Shown here in pieces: positions 1 to 13,640 of a stretch of DNA of 64,000 nucleotides (positions are counted from its first letter, which is position 1; each line of letters starts with the position of its first letter). The notes below the pieces were generated by a model. The model saw only the letters and a list, made by a program, of their open reading frames with translations, was not told the DNA's origin and made no database searches. A program made the position numbers and the translations under genes. The DNA comes from Lingula anatina (taxonomy: Eukaryota; Animalia; Brachiopoda): contig CM120640.1 in the NCBI GenBank assembly GCA_051362555.1, positions 64,458,788 to 64,522,787 of the forward strand, given 5' to 3'.

Positions 1-88
1 TTTCCACTCAAGTTCAGAAACAGCAGTCATGAAGTCACGTCACAATGTCACTCAGCAAGGCAGTGAAAATAAGCAGCATTTTGAGGCA

Positions 89-3000
89 TTAAAGCACTGA
101 GGAAGAGTATTTTAAATGCAGGTAAATGAGCATGAATTTCTTGCCTGAAATGTGAACCAATACACAATTGGGCATTGTCCAAGATTTCCTGAAATCTCAC
201 AAATCAGGGATTTTGCAAGATTTAGAGAGGAGTGGGGTTAGAAATAATAGTAGGTTAGCCAGTGCAGTACAGAAATGAAATAAATGTATTTTCTTCAAAT
301 TTAGTTAGAAATTCATGTAGACCTAAGGATTGGTTTGAAAGAATTGGGATTAAGGTTAATGTTCAGAAACAAAAGTGACATCATATTATTATTTATGTTC
401 ATTGTGAATTCAACACTTCCTCCTTATGAAATGAAAACTAATATATAATAAAATATATTAAATTACATGAATATTTGAATTCAAATTTGATGTTGGCAGT
501 TATTATACTCATTTGATAATCATGCATCGTGGAAGGGCTGATTGCTGAAAAAATCTTTAAGTTCTTGAATATGCACAAATTTATACCTAGCAGCTGCAGG
601 TCCAAAAAGCAAAGGACAAATGTACCCAGCAAGGTAAACAGGTGATAAAAACTGCTACCTCTACCTGTCTTTGAATAAGGAGTCATATAGTATTCCTGCG
701 TAGAATTAAGGGGCTCTAGAGCACCAACCATATAGGTATCTACTGGGGGGCAAGTTTCTGTACTAGAACTACTTGGCTGTATAGTACAGTGCTGCTTCTT
801 AGCTGTACTGACAGCTCTCAGCGACTGGCCTATAGCATAAGTATCACTAAAATGATCTGCTTCTGCATATATTTCTGGAGGTGGAGGCAGACTCTCAACT
901 GTAGACAGAAGTGAACAAAATGGGGAAATCAGCTTTGGAATTTAAATATGAAAAATATATAGTTAAAATACTGGTATAAGGCAGAACACACAAATCTTAA
1001 AATGGCTTGTTGACCAACATATGAGACAATTATTGATCCTACAGTACATGTATATTCTTGGAAATTTTGTATCATTTTAAAATATCTCAAATTGGAACCA
1101 AAAAACTCTCATTAAATGAATATATACAATGTATCATTTAAGTATATATGTGGAATGAGGTTTTTAGGGAGGTTAATGTTATGGATAAATAATGAAGCTA
1201 TTAACATGATAATAACCTTGTGTAATTTCATCAGTATTATGCTCAGGAAAATATAAGTACAGGTAAGTTAAATCAAAAGTATCATGATTGGTAATTGATT
1301 CACATTAATCCAGTAACATAAGACAATGGAAATCATTTCTCTCTAACATAATCATGTTATAATGATAAAGCCTATTTTATTTAATATCTTAAAAATATTT
1401 ATCAACTGTATCACTTTTTCTTCTTTTTTTGCTACTGTGTTCTTTTTAGAATGGGTGGCCTTGGGGGATCACAGGCAGTGTTTTCAGGTAACTTAAATGG
1501 TTACCTGTCTCTGTGTCAGGACTCATATAGTATATTTCCTGTATTGTTTCTGGACCACCCACCACATAAGTGTCTGCCATGGGGCAGGTTGATGATGAGC
1601 TACTGCTTTGTATAGGACACAGCTGCATTTTGGACCTGCCAAATCTCAGTGTCCTGCCGACAGTATAGGTATCAGTGAAATGTTGTGCCTCCATGTAAAT
1701 TTCTGGCGGTGGTGGAAGACTTTCAACTGTAGGCAAAAGTGAATTCAGTCCTTACACAAAATTATGTCTCTTTGTGGCTTGCCTGTCAAGATTGGGGCAC
1801 TACCATAAACAATATTCTTGAAATGCTGGCATGTAACAAACTGCAATCAGTTTGAATCATGCAATAGTCAAAAAGTTTTATTACCTTAGTAGCTGAATCA
1901 ACATGTACCTGTGTCTGCATCATATAAAATACATGCATGCAGCTTTACTCTGCACAGCAACAATAAGTAAAAGCCTTTGTAGCATGCCTAAAAAAGCATC
2001 AGTGCATTACAAACCTGAGGATGGAGGGTTAATATACTCATCTTCTACACAAGATAGAGGTCTATGAACTTCTGTAGGTAAATCAAGCAAAATTGTTATC
2101 TGTACATTACTACATTAACTTAGTTGTTAATTTGTAGAAAAAAAATAGCATCAAGAGAAAAGATTCAGCAAAAGATAATTATAATTAGAAACTACAAATG
2201 AATTTTGCGTAACTTCTACATGAGTGATAGTAGCTCAAATGCTCAGCAAATTTCACAGTCGAAAATATTTACCTTCAATTTCTGATTCATTAACATAATC
2301 TTCTCTGTCATTATTTCCACCAAATGGGGGAAAGACTGAAAGATGAAAGGTGTGCCAATGTAAAAATAACACATCTTACAATCACTCTGCATAAAATATA
2401 ATTTTGTTACAGTGAATGTAGAGATGCCATCACTATTACTGTATAAAGCATCTGTGCTTCTAGTCTTGCGACTGCTTCATTTCACCAACTTTTCAAACAA
2501 CTTATGACAAAACTAGTATAATGGCATAATGTAATTTACATTCATTTAAATTGTAGTAACTTCCACTATCTTGAGATGTTCTATTTGCCAAATTGTCCCA
2601 GTTTTTCTGATATGAAGAAACACTTTCACTCCCAGTGCTGGAGCGGCTTGTCCTGACACTGCTTCCAGCAGAGCCACCTGGTAAACGTAATAAAATTGTA
2701 ACACTTTATTACTATACACTATTTCTTTACCAAGAAATTCAACAATCACTGACTGGTATCTTATAGCAATTTCTTTAAATAAATATCTATATTGTAAAAT
2801 TAATTTATCATACAAAATGTTGAAAGGATTTAACTTTTTGTCTGTACTGGGTACTATTACAGTCTTTCATTTGTCAATCAAATTATCATAAATGAAAACA
2901 AGAAGGTTTCACCTGGTGGAGGATACAATGTTTCACCATTTTCTTTATCAGTGGGCAACAGTCCTAGGAAAATAAATTTAAAAGATAACATACATAATAT

Positions 3001-6000
3001 ACATGAGGAAAAAGATACAATATACTTTCAAATCTACACTGTACAATATATATAGCAAGCTATTTCTACATAAGCATGTACTCTCCTGCTCTAACAAATT
3101 AACAATATCATCATGAAGAATGTTTTTTTATTAAAAAATATCAAGTTGTAAACATTTTTTCAGTCTGTTTTACTTATATTATGTCAAATCCATATAATAA
3201 AGTTTAAAAAAGTTTAGTCTTCCATGATGCTTCAAGATTAAAAAATACATACTTTACATGTATTTTCCTTCCCATTTTACAAATAATACAAAATTGAAAC
3301 AGCCGTATGCTAAATTTTATTTATCAGCATCCAAAGGATTCAAGTGTAGTAAACTTACGAGGCATCCTTGTAACATAATCTGGGTATTTAGCTCCAAGAA
3401 TTGCCCAGTCATTTGTCTTCATTGCAACAGCTGACCGCCCACATATCGTGGTGAAGTAAGTCATGACATCACTAAGGCACTGTGAAGTTTTCTGGGGCTG
3501 CAAATGAGAATTATTTTCAGCATTAACTGACAATTCTAGATTTTGAAATTGTAAATGTACATGTAGATTCCTCTCATTAAATCTTGCTAAAATTTTTTCC
3601 TGAATCACCACAGTGTGGCATCCTACAATGCAAGTACATTAATGTAACAAACTATTGTATTTTTTCATTTAATATTTACATGACATTTTATATAAATTTA
3701 GTATCTGGGCTTAACAATTGTTTGTAAATTAAACTTAAGTACATAAGCGTATCACTCAAGCTTCTTACCTCATTCTCTAAAACAATTAAGTAACCCTCAG
3801 AAACTCTGGCTACTTCATAATGGCAAATTTCAAAACTATTGGAGGAGAAAATAACCAGTAGTTTTCAAAGAAGTTGACATATACATTTCAGTAAAGTTTT
3901 CCTTAATCCACCAAAATAAAGAATTACTTATGCAGTTTTATGACTTTGATTTAAGATGAAAGTGCTAAAAAATGTACATTCCTTTTTATATAAATTTGTC
4001 ATTTGCACCTGATTTTCTTCTTTTCTTGCATTCTAATTAAATATAATAATATTGAAACAGAAAGACATTTTGTTACAACTTACTCATGAGTGTCCTTGTC
4101 TTTACGATAACTGATAACATAACTGCCTGTCTGTCTGTGGCTAGTACTTTCCCTCATTAAGCAGTTGCCATATCTTTTTCCAGAGTCTAACAGTTGTTCA
4201 GCTTTTTCTCTTGAGCAATTTGGGAAGAACCAACTAAAAACAATCAAAAATCATATAAAACATCAAGATTTTGCTTCTTCAGTATTCTTAAAACATGGGA
4301 TTTCCAAGATTTTCATTTTTCTATCCTAAAAATCTAAATAAAACATCAAGATAATGCTTCTTATAAGTAATCTTAAAACATGGAATTTCCAAGATTTCAT
4401 TTTTATCTCCCAGCTTGTGAGAGAGTAAACAACAACATTATTTTAAAGACTTCTAAATATTGTAAAATTGGAGAAATAAGCTAAAAAAAATTAGAACTAA
4501 CCTTGGTATTTCATCATTCATTTCCTCTTGTATAAAAAACTTGTGCCTCTGCAAAATGCAAATTTACTTTTAATTATGTAAGCAAAATAAGTAATTAAAG
4601 GGATAATAACTCTTCATATGAGATCTATATTTCACAATAAAAACATTTGTGAAACAACTAAAAGAAATATAATATATTCTGTTTTACCACAAAAATGGAA
4701 GTTAAAGCTATTATTCTGATATCTGAACTTGTCATCGGACCACATTACCTCCATAGATGGTTATACTCTGTTATAATCTCTTCAGATATTATTACAAAAA
4801 AAAAAAACTTTTTAGAAAAAAAAACAGGAACTAACTTTGAATGTAGAAAAGGATTCATTAACCATTGGTATGGAACGCCATCCACGCAAAAAATCAGACT
4901 TGCAATTTAATAGCCAAATGACATTCTAACAGCCTACAAGAAATCTAACGGTCAAAATAATCTAATAGCCAACTCATAAAATTTAACGGTGTTAAAAAAT
5001 CTAATAGCCAACTCATAAAATTTAACAGCGTTAAAAAATCTAACAGCCAACTCATAATCTTACAGCCAACTTTTCAAAACAGCCAAGTCAGCATCTAACA
5101 CTAGAGGTCACTGCTGTCACGGGTCTATCCGTGGACGGGGCGTAAAGTGATGACGTCATCTGGAGCCTTAGAGATGTTGTTTAATATCCATATTACGTAG
5201 ATTTAGGTACGTAGATCTGTTAAATTTTATGAGTTGGCTATTAGATTATTTTGACCACTGTTAGATTTCTTGTAGGCTGTTAGAATGTCATTTGGCTATT
5301 AAATTGCAAGTCTGATTTTTTGCGTGGATGTCGTTCCATACATTGGTAAGTATGGGAAAATTATTGTTTACTCCATGAAAATTCATTTCTTGGCCAAAAC
5401 GAACAGTTATTATCCCTTTAAGTAAATCTTCTATAATAAGAGTAGATCCTGATGCTATGCTCATTTTTTATTGTCATTAAATGTCATCAAAACTTACTGT
5501 ATCTGGAAGTCTTGTGTCATAATTGGACTCAACAGAATGACGAGAAGCAGCAGAAATGGATGCTCTATCTCCTGACCCAACAGATCCACCTTCAGACCTC
5601 ATACTTCCAGTGGAAAATCCTCCAAGAGAGGTGGCCCGAGGACGTGGGGGAAGCGGGGGTCCTCTCTCTGATGGTGTTGCCCGCTGGCGGTGAATAAAAT
5701 GTATAGCATCTTCCACCTTGTGGATTTGCCCGGGAAGAAGGTGGACATCTTGGGGCATGATGCCCTGAAAAATAGGTTTATTTTATGCAAACTGATAGTA
5801 GTTACAAAATGAGTTAATCATTTCAAGTAAGGGAAACATTATGGTGTAAATTTTTTTAATCTCCTCAAAAACCATTGAGATTTCCCACAGCTTTTATGAC
5901 CAGCACTGTAGAAAAAAAGTAATAACTGTATCAGTGAGTCATACCTGCCAACCACCTGTCACCATCAAAATGTCTCCTAACATAATGAAAACAGTAAAAT

Positions 6001-8682
6001 GTAACTGAAAGGACAATTACATTGTATGAGCATTATTAGTGTTATAATGTAGGACACCACAAAGCAGCCACAAACAAGGCAGGCAAACATTTTACCTGCA
6101 CACTATACTGAACTTAAGGCTTCGTTCACATGCAATGTCTATTTTCTAAATTCTATTTTCTATTCGCGCTATCTTATGATCACGGTCTGTGCCCTGAATA
6201 TCCCGCCGCGTAATTACTGACAGCGCGAGCCAGTTACTAATAGTAAATTACAGTAAATGGCTCGCGCTGCCAGTAATTACGCCGCGGGATATTCAGGGCA
6301 CAGACCGTGATCATAAGACATACCGCGAATAGAAAATAGAATTTAGAAAATAGACATTGCATGTGAATGAAGCCTAAGTTAATTTACTTTATGATGTTAA
6401 TTCAGATTTGATAGCTTCATGTCCTAGAAGTACAAATAAGGATTTTAGCCATCCACAATATGCTGCCAGTACAATAGATGTTACCTTTGCCATTCTTTTT
6501 CAAGATAAATGCAATGTATTCATATCTAAATCTAACACAAAACTCAGCCAGACAGTGGTATTACTTGTAAACTGATATCAAAATTGGTATCAGTTATCTG
6601 TAACATCATAAAATAAACACAATTGTTAAGGGATGGGGAACAAAAAGGCACATGGTTGTTAAAAAACAACTTGTTAAAAACTTTTGGCAAACAGCTACAG
6701 ATATGGCATGGGGCTAAGTCAACACCGACCAGCAAGCTATATCTTATCCTTGACAATATTAAGTGCATATTAAGTGCATACTCAAAGATCAGCAAAATTG
6801 TGCATATACCTTTAACATAAAATAAGGCATTGTAAATTGTGCCTATATGTTTTCATAAATCATTTGGCTTAAATGGCATCAGAAATCATTGTTTTAAAAT
6901 TACCACTATTTCCACAAAAATTTTAGAAAGCTAAACTATGAATAAACATGTATCCTTTCTTTGAAAATGAAAAAAGATGCTGTATATAGAAATCAGATTA
7001 GAAAAATCAACTTTCAGGTACATCATATTTTTTCTGAACATTTTCCTGTTTTCATGCTTACATTCAACAGAAGTCTGAAGGTACACACTGGAGGTAGCTC
7101 ACTTAAGTAATGAATAGTGCAGTCACTTACATGTTTGGGTTCAATTGTCTACAAGCAAGACAACTGTATGTACATGAAAACATACTTTTTACTTAGGTTA
7201 AGAAACGAGGTCCTAAAAAGAATGACCATATCTAGCTATGTTGAATTAGAACAATTACCACTCCCTCCATGAATTGGGGTACAAGCATGCAAGACAAATC
7301 TTCATTTCACACCCAAAAGAACAATTACCTGTATCTTAATCAATCTGTATACAAATTAGCACAACAAATTATTCATAAGTTAACCATGAAAATTTACAGT
7401 AAATGTTTCCCAATTTCAGCTAATTGCCATCCACCCCACAGGTAGATTAATTAGTAATGCCATTTATCTTTGTGCTCCTCTCCAATCCCCCAGCCACTGT
7501 ATAGCTAACCCTACTGAAAATTCCTACATATAATTTGTAATTTCACCCTAAGAGACCTTTAAAAATAATATAGTTTTTTTTCTCAGGAAGGTCTCATGCC
7601 TCATGGAGTGTTACAAGATTATTGACAGTACGACACTGCTAGCATATGAGTCATGCTGACTGACGCAGATTCTGCCATATCTTACTTTTAATTTTTTGGT
7701 CTATAGAAAATAACTCATGCTTAAACTCTGCATCCTATTTCCACTATTTCACTACCAAGGTAACTAATTTAGCCTACAGGGACACTTAAAAAATCCAAAA
7801 TACTGGTATGTCGAACATATTTTGATATAAAGGCTATAATGAAAAGTCCTAAAAAGGTGTGTTAATTACATGTATAGCCCTTTCCACTTGCAGTCAATTA
7901 CTTAACATGGGAACCAGCTGTGATATTTAATTACATTGCATACTTTAATTAAGTTAATTCAAATTCTTAAACAGGCCCATAGCCAGGGGGAGGGGGGAAC
8001 CACACTTTTTTTCTTGAAAAAGGGTCTGCTTTGGGTAAACTTTAATCTAGGTAAATGAAAGTTTCATGACAAAAGGTCCCATTTTTCAGAAAAAGACCCC
8101 CCCCCCTGCACTCTTTGAAATGGTGGCTACAGGTCTGTTTAACTAGGTTTGCTGAACAAGTTAATATTAAAGGGATAATAACTCTTCGTATGATATCTAT
8201 ATTTCACAATAAAAACCTTGTGAATAACTCATAGAAATATAATATATTCTGTTTTACCACAAAAACAGCAGTTATAGCTTTTATTCTGATATCTGAACTT
8301 GTCTTTAATCCACGTGACCTCCACTGATGTCTATACTCTGTTAAAATCTCTTAAGAGATTTTAACAAAAAACCAAACTTTTTAGAAAAAAACCAGGGACT
8401 AACTTTGAATGTAAAAATGGATTCATTAACCATTGGTAAGTATGGGAAAATTGTTGTTAACTCCAGGAAAATTCATTTTTTGGCCGATACGAAGAGTTAT
8501 TATTGCTTTAAGTAATGCATTCTGGAACAAAGAACAAACCGTCACAATCAAATCTAACTGAGACACAAATATAATATTGAAAAGTATAACCCATATTTTC
8601 CTCTAGGCATAACTCACGATAAAAAATATCAACTATTAGTAAATGTGGTGGAGTAGTTTGGAAAAGGACCTTCTCTACCTCC

Positions 8683-8713
<31 letters not shown>

Positions 8714-11700
8714 ACACATACTAAGGTCAATTACATACATTCAAGATTTCTTTTTTTATCAGCATTTTAGAAATAAAAAGTGAGCCAGAAGTGATGTCTA
8801 ACTCTTAGAAAGAGTAATATGACTTACTAAATAGTATGCAATGAAGGCAAGGAGAGAGGGGAATCCCCCTTTGAAACAATTTTGTTTGACAAGGAAGTGG
8901 TTCAAAATCTGCAGAATGGACAGTTTTGGAATTTCTCTTGCATGGAACGGAACCAGGAAGTAAAAAAGGATACAGTGAATGATAAATGAATAAATATTAT
9001 GATAAAGAATAACTGACAAAGGAATCCTTTCAAATACATAAATTGCACCATTCCACCCTACTGGGTAAGTATACATACAGTGTGTGCCAGTAAGTGCCAC
9101 CTGACATAACTTGACACACAGTCATCCTAAACTTCCCAGGGCATGCGGGTAGACTATTAAACAAAAATGCCATCGAAATAAGCAAATTGAAATTAGGTGT
9201 TTATCACCAGTAACAACAACACTTATCCAAGGTGGAATTTCAAATAATAATAATTTTAATTTTTAATAACAATAATAATAATCCTTACCTTAGAAATCCC
9301 AATGATGAAACTTTTCCACAGATCTCTTGAGGTAGAATCTTTACACTGTAACGACAAAAAATTAGTACATAATCTCTACATACATTATACATTAAAAGAG
9401 CACCATAAACACTGTTGTGTTCAAATTCAAATAAATACTAAAAAAATTACAAGGTAAGTTTTTTCATTAACATTAACAAACAATGAAGACAACATTTAAA
9501 TGATATAAAAAGTTTGGGGTTAATATAACAAACTTGTTTTGAATATATTTTCCAAAGGGGTTTTCTTGGGATTTCATTCAAAAGGGACACTCCTTCACTA
9601 GCACCTCCAGTCTTAGTAAGTCATTAATCATACAGGTGAGAGGTACAAAAACAACCCTGATTTCCCTGTGGCATAGAACATGAAAGGTAACAGTTACTGT
9701 CAGGCCCACCATAACCCCAGCATGGCAGGCTACTTCACAACTTGTACTAAATTGTTTGACTAAATTTTTTTTAATACCATGGCATAGATTTATAAACAAG
9801 GCAATCTTTATGCAAATATTTTCTACCAAAGTAACATACTGATAACATGAAATGTACAACTCATTATTACAGAAACAGAGGTAAGGCCAGTCAAAGATTT
9901 CTATGGACTTAATAATTTATATCTATCCATCTGTCTGCCTTTCCATAAATAGAAAATATACTTGCACACGCGTGTGTGCCTATGCTTATGTGCACCCAAT
10001 CAAGCAATCATGCATGTATATTTATCTTAGTTTATTTTTAATCATTTGCAAAGGAGAAAACTTTGGCAAAGTAAATAAATATGATATAAACAAAGAGGCC
10101 ATTTTACAGATATCACAAGCACTACAAAAGTTTGGTAATACTGGTAACTTAATGGTATTGGTGTGGTATATCCAATTTATAAGCAACATATCAGATTGTA
10201 ATCTATACAATCTCTTATCAGCTAACTCATTATCTTCTAACTCCTAAACCGTGCACAATAAGGTTCAAATCTATTATTACACCCAATATTTCAATCCATG
10301 GATACAATACCATATTGCCCTTGTTGGCTTTACTTGTTAACATCATAAATTGTTTTTCTACTCAAGTTTTCCTAAGGGTGAATGAAAAAAAAGTAAAGGT
10401 TCAATAGTCTGGAGGTCAGAATGTTCACTACAGAACCTTCAGACCAACAATCCTTTTGTTAGAAAAACTGATGAAAATGTTATGATTTTTTCAGACCAAT
10501 AAACCTTTGGACTATCAATAAGCATTCATAAATATATCTATAATTTTAAATTAAAATGCAAGTTTCAAACAATCAAATTCATAGCACATTTTGAATTAAA
10601 AGTATGAAGTTAACATTTACTAGTAACTATTTCCAATGGCCCAGTGAATATAACAAATTTGGTATATCAATCATTCTTACTTTGAAAAAATTCTTTTTCT
10701 TGATGCCATCTCTTGTGTAAGATTCCAACTCAAATTTTTTGTCCTTCTTCTTGTCAGCTGTAATTATTGTCTGCTCATTAAGTCTTAATGATCCAAGTAA
10801 CTGAGGAAAAAAATATATTGAACTTGTAATATAGTTGAACAGCATATCTACATATTCCTAACAAAAAGCATGTTTGGAGCTTCTACATAAGATTTTGTGC
10901 TGCTTTGGACAAATCTCCTAGTTCAAATGCTTATATATCTCTTTCTCTATACCCACTTACAGTGTACACCTTTGCATATTCAGTAAAGAAGAAGTACCTT
11001 GACAAACAGCTACAAACACAAGGCATCATAATTTAAATTGAATAATTTGCTAAATATTTGAGATTTTTTAATCTAAAAGTTTACTTAAACTGATAATATG
11101 TACATGGATTCCAAGACAACTGAACTGATCAAAGTATTCAATCAATACAACATATATACTTACATTTCCTCTGATTTCTGTCCTTTCGTTTTTGAAGAAA
11201 TAGATAGCGTCACCCCTTAATACAGCCCATAAAGTAGAATAGGCATTCTGAAACATGAAAATAGTGCATTCTGAATTTGGACTTCTGGTTCACTTTAAGA
11301 TGTATTCAGTTTTCATGCAGCTGCAAAAGTGAAAAATAATGCCATTCTTTGAAGAAGAACCTGGCCTTATACATATAATAGTAAAAACAAATAGGCCTAG
11401 ATGACCAAATGAAACGATATCAAACTTCTTTTTTTTTCCATCAACTAAATTATCTATCCTGCAATAAAGACAGAAACATTTTTCTGTAATAATTTAACAT
11501 GCTACAGTGTAGCATTTACTCATATTTTATTGGATATGAAAATATCAATAATCTGTAAATATTAAGATTCTTTAACTAATTTTGTTTCACCACATAAAGT
11601 AACGATAAACCCCCTAGAATATCAAATATGTGCTGAACAAAATCAATTTTGCTGGCAAGATAAGACAATGAGCACATGGCCTAAATCCATCACGTTTGAA

Positions 11701-12814
11701 CAAGTAATATCCCAATCAATATTGCAACTTCAAACATGATTAATGTTTTGCTATACTGTAATACCATCAGTTAAAAAAATGGCAATTAAATATTGAAGAT
11801 AATCGGGAGCTATGGCAAGTCAGATAAAGTGTGTAAACCTACTTCAGTAGTAATCAATAGCCTCATCATTTTAAAATTTTAAAGATGAAAAAACAATTAT
11901 ACAGTGTACGACCACAAAAAATAAAGGCAATATCTTTATGATTTTCCCAAAAATAAATGCTAAATACATTAACACATAACAGTAGAAACAAGCCAAATCT
12001 CTTTGCTCGCCTGTCTACTACTGCTTAAATTGTGGTGAGATGCAGCCCTATTAGATCTGCTGAGAGAACACTATAAAAAACCCTCAAATAAAAGTACCTG
12101 ATCTCAATTGTTCTTTCTGAAATGAACAGAAAGACATAACATAAGGCATTCTAAATATGAACCAACAGTCATTTAGAACTAAATCATTAATGAATATTAA
12201 AAATGGAATAAAACATCAAATCCAAGTGCAAATGTGGGTTGAAATCAACATTCATATATAAAAGATAAAAGTGTAAACATGTTAAAAAGTTTTTTTTTAT
12301 AAGCTGAAGCTGATTAGAGAAACAAAAGCTATATAACAATTCAGAAAACAGGTTTACATTGTCTTGCGCATGCATACATGTACATGTGTGCACTGAAAAA
12401 AAAAACAAAACAAGCGTGTACATGTATATGGTGAGCTTTTACATTCCATATACTAGCTAGTAAATTAAGTCATTTAAATTAAATTAAGTCATTTAATTAG
12501 TTCATTTAAACTTTTAAACTAAACACTACCAACTCAATCATGTACAGAAGTTACAGCGTTCTATATGAGTACCAGCAGGGTGTGGCCGCCGTTTGGAGGG
12601 GGTGGGGGGCACTGGGCATTAAACAACTTCATTTTGTGAATCATGAAAACGCCGCTATGAATGTCAATTTAGTTAAGGTTGAGACGAGATAATGCAAAAT
12701 CCAATATCACTAAAGCAAAAATACTTCGGGCCAACCTACCGATTTTGATCCCTTATGATCGAGCCAATCTTCATGAAACTTGTCCGGGCGAGACTTCTCT
12801 CGTACTGACGACAT
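89..12814 (-). CDS. STAP1: STAP1/STAP2-like signal-transducing adaptor (PH + Pro-rich linker + SH2 + Tyr-rich tail), ~608 aa
   Basis: Frame-consistent GT-AG exons: 12814-12740, 11247-11164, 10800-10681, 9345-9289, 5764-5498, 4548-4502, 4233-4084, 3835-3769, 3497-3359, 2963-2913, 2677-2540, 2335-2273, 2071-2015, 1726-1505, 898-665 and a tentative last exon 144-89. PH motifs HEDWLDHK, LWAVLRGDAIYFFK, RDLWKSFI are followed by the STAP-like PQDVHLLPGQIHKV. SH2: WFFPNCSREKAEQLL..GNCLMRES..GSYVIS..CHYEV. The terminal exon is uncertain and the gene may run past the window start. Confidence 0.8.
4248..4405. repeat. Local tandem duplication, two units of ~82 bp
   Basis: ATAAAACATCAAGAT...CTTAAAACATGG.ATTTCCAAGATTT occurs twice in the intron before the SH2 exon. 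Confidence 0.7.
4599..5417. mobile_element. Non-autonomous TIR element with TTAA target duplication (Kolobok-type MITE), interrupted by a nested MITE
   Basis: TTAA|AGGGATAATAACTCTTC ... GAACAGTTATTATCCCT|TTAA. An uninterrupted sister copy lies at 8171-8507. Confidence 0.75.
4869..5340. mobile_element. Nested MITE with long TIRs and 6-bp TSD (IS3EU-like termini)
   Basis: Ends TATGGAACG...CGTTCCATA with ~120-bp inverted arms. CATTGG is duplicated at 4863-4868 and 5341-5346 and occurs once at the same site in the empty copy near 8430. Confidence 0.8.
6118..6374. mobile_element. Fold-back MITE, PIF/Harbinger (Tourist)-like
   Basis: Almost fully palindromic 257 bp; TAA|GGCTTCGTTCACATGCAATG ... 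CATTGCATGTGAATGAAGCC|TAA with a 3-bp TAA TSD. Confidence 0.8.
7972..8137. mobile_element. Short TIR element (CAGGCCC.TAGCCA ends, G/C tracts); degenerate relatives near 30600-30732 and 44590-44785
   Basis: Imperfect TIRs CAGGCCCATAGCCAGGGGG ... CCCCCC...TGGCTACAGGTCTG; AAAAGGTCC-like internal motifs shared with the other copies. Confidence 0.5.
8171..8507. mobile_element. Kolobok-type MITE, empty-site copy (337 bp)
   Basis: TTAA|AGGGATAATAACTCTTCG ... CGAAGAGTTATTATTGCT|TTAA; colinear with 4599-5417 minus the nested insert. Confidence 0.75.
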
Positions 12815-13640
12815 GATAGGTGAAAGGTATGTTTTAGTGTTCATCAACTTGATAGACCATTCCTGTTCTTCGTTTCCCAGGCCAATGAGGTAAAATCCAA
12901 GATCTACAGGAATGTTGACCGTGCGTGGAACGTGACACAGCTCAAGCGAATCATTTACATTGATTCGACGGTTTGGCACCCTGCGATTTTAGTGAATGGG
13001 ATCTGTCTGAATTAAGTCTTGGCCACACCGACAGGTGTAAATTCTCGTGTAATTTATAACTATCGATACCGCTACGCTTATCTCATATCCGTGCGTGGAC
13101 CTCTCTGCAGCGTTTTTTCCCTTCTCGTCCCTTGATGAGCTCAGTGGTTATTTGTGCGCAGAGGAGGAGGAAGTTATAACCCAGGTAGGAAGTTGAGCGG
13201 CACGATAAGTGCATAACAAGTTTAGGGTTAGTGACAACAAAAGGGTACCCATGTGATCAAACAGAAATCTGGGTCACGGCGAACCACAATATTGATATAT
13301 TTTTCAATGACAGTAAATAAAACCATATGCCATTAACTATTTAAATGATTCCTTTAAAACATAATAATGCACAAGCCGTTTACACTTAAGCATTTTCTTA
13401 TGATGCAGACTTTTTAAGGGCACCGCCTTCTTTCCACCCCACGGGACTTTCTGTGAGACGTCATGACTGAATACGTTTGTTCGATTGGTTTATTTGTCCC
13501 GATATTTACGTTTTCCGCGAAGTAAACGACAGCGTCCTAAGTTGACATTTTCGCGGCAAGTCACCCTAGGGCTTCTTGGCGACTAACACAACTTCTGGAA
13601 AACTTACCACTAGTTTAAGATTGTGGGAGTAAGGTAAATT
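12815..13640. promoter_or_regulatory. Putative bidirectional promoter between the STAP-like and TMEM79-like genes
   Basis: CpG-rich stretch between divergent genes; ATTGG (CCAAT box) near 13484; GACGTCA near 13457; donor AAG|GTAAAT near 13633 for a 5' non-coding exon, with an acceptor near 14079 just before the ATG. Confidence 0.5.

Noticed and set aside
12815-12979. N-terminal extension of ORF 12710-12979
   Set aside because: It begins at a non-ATG codon; the first suitable ATG before the PH domain is at 12814 (an in-frame ATG at ~12845 is a minor alternative).
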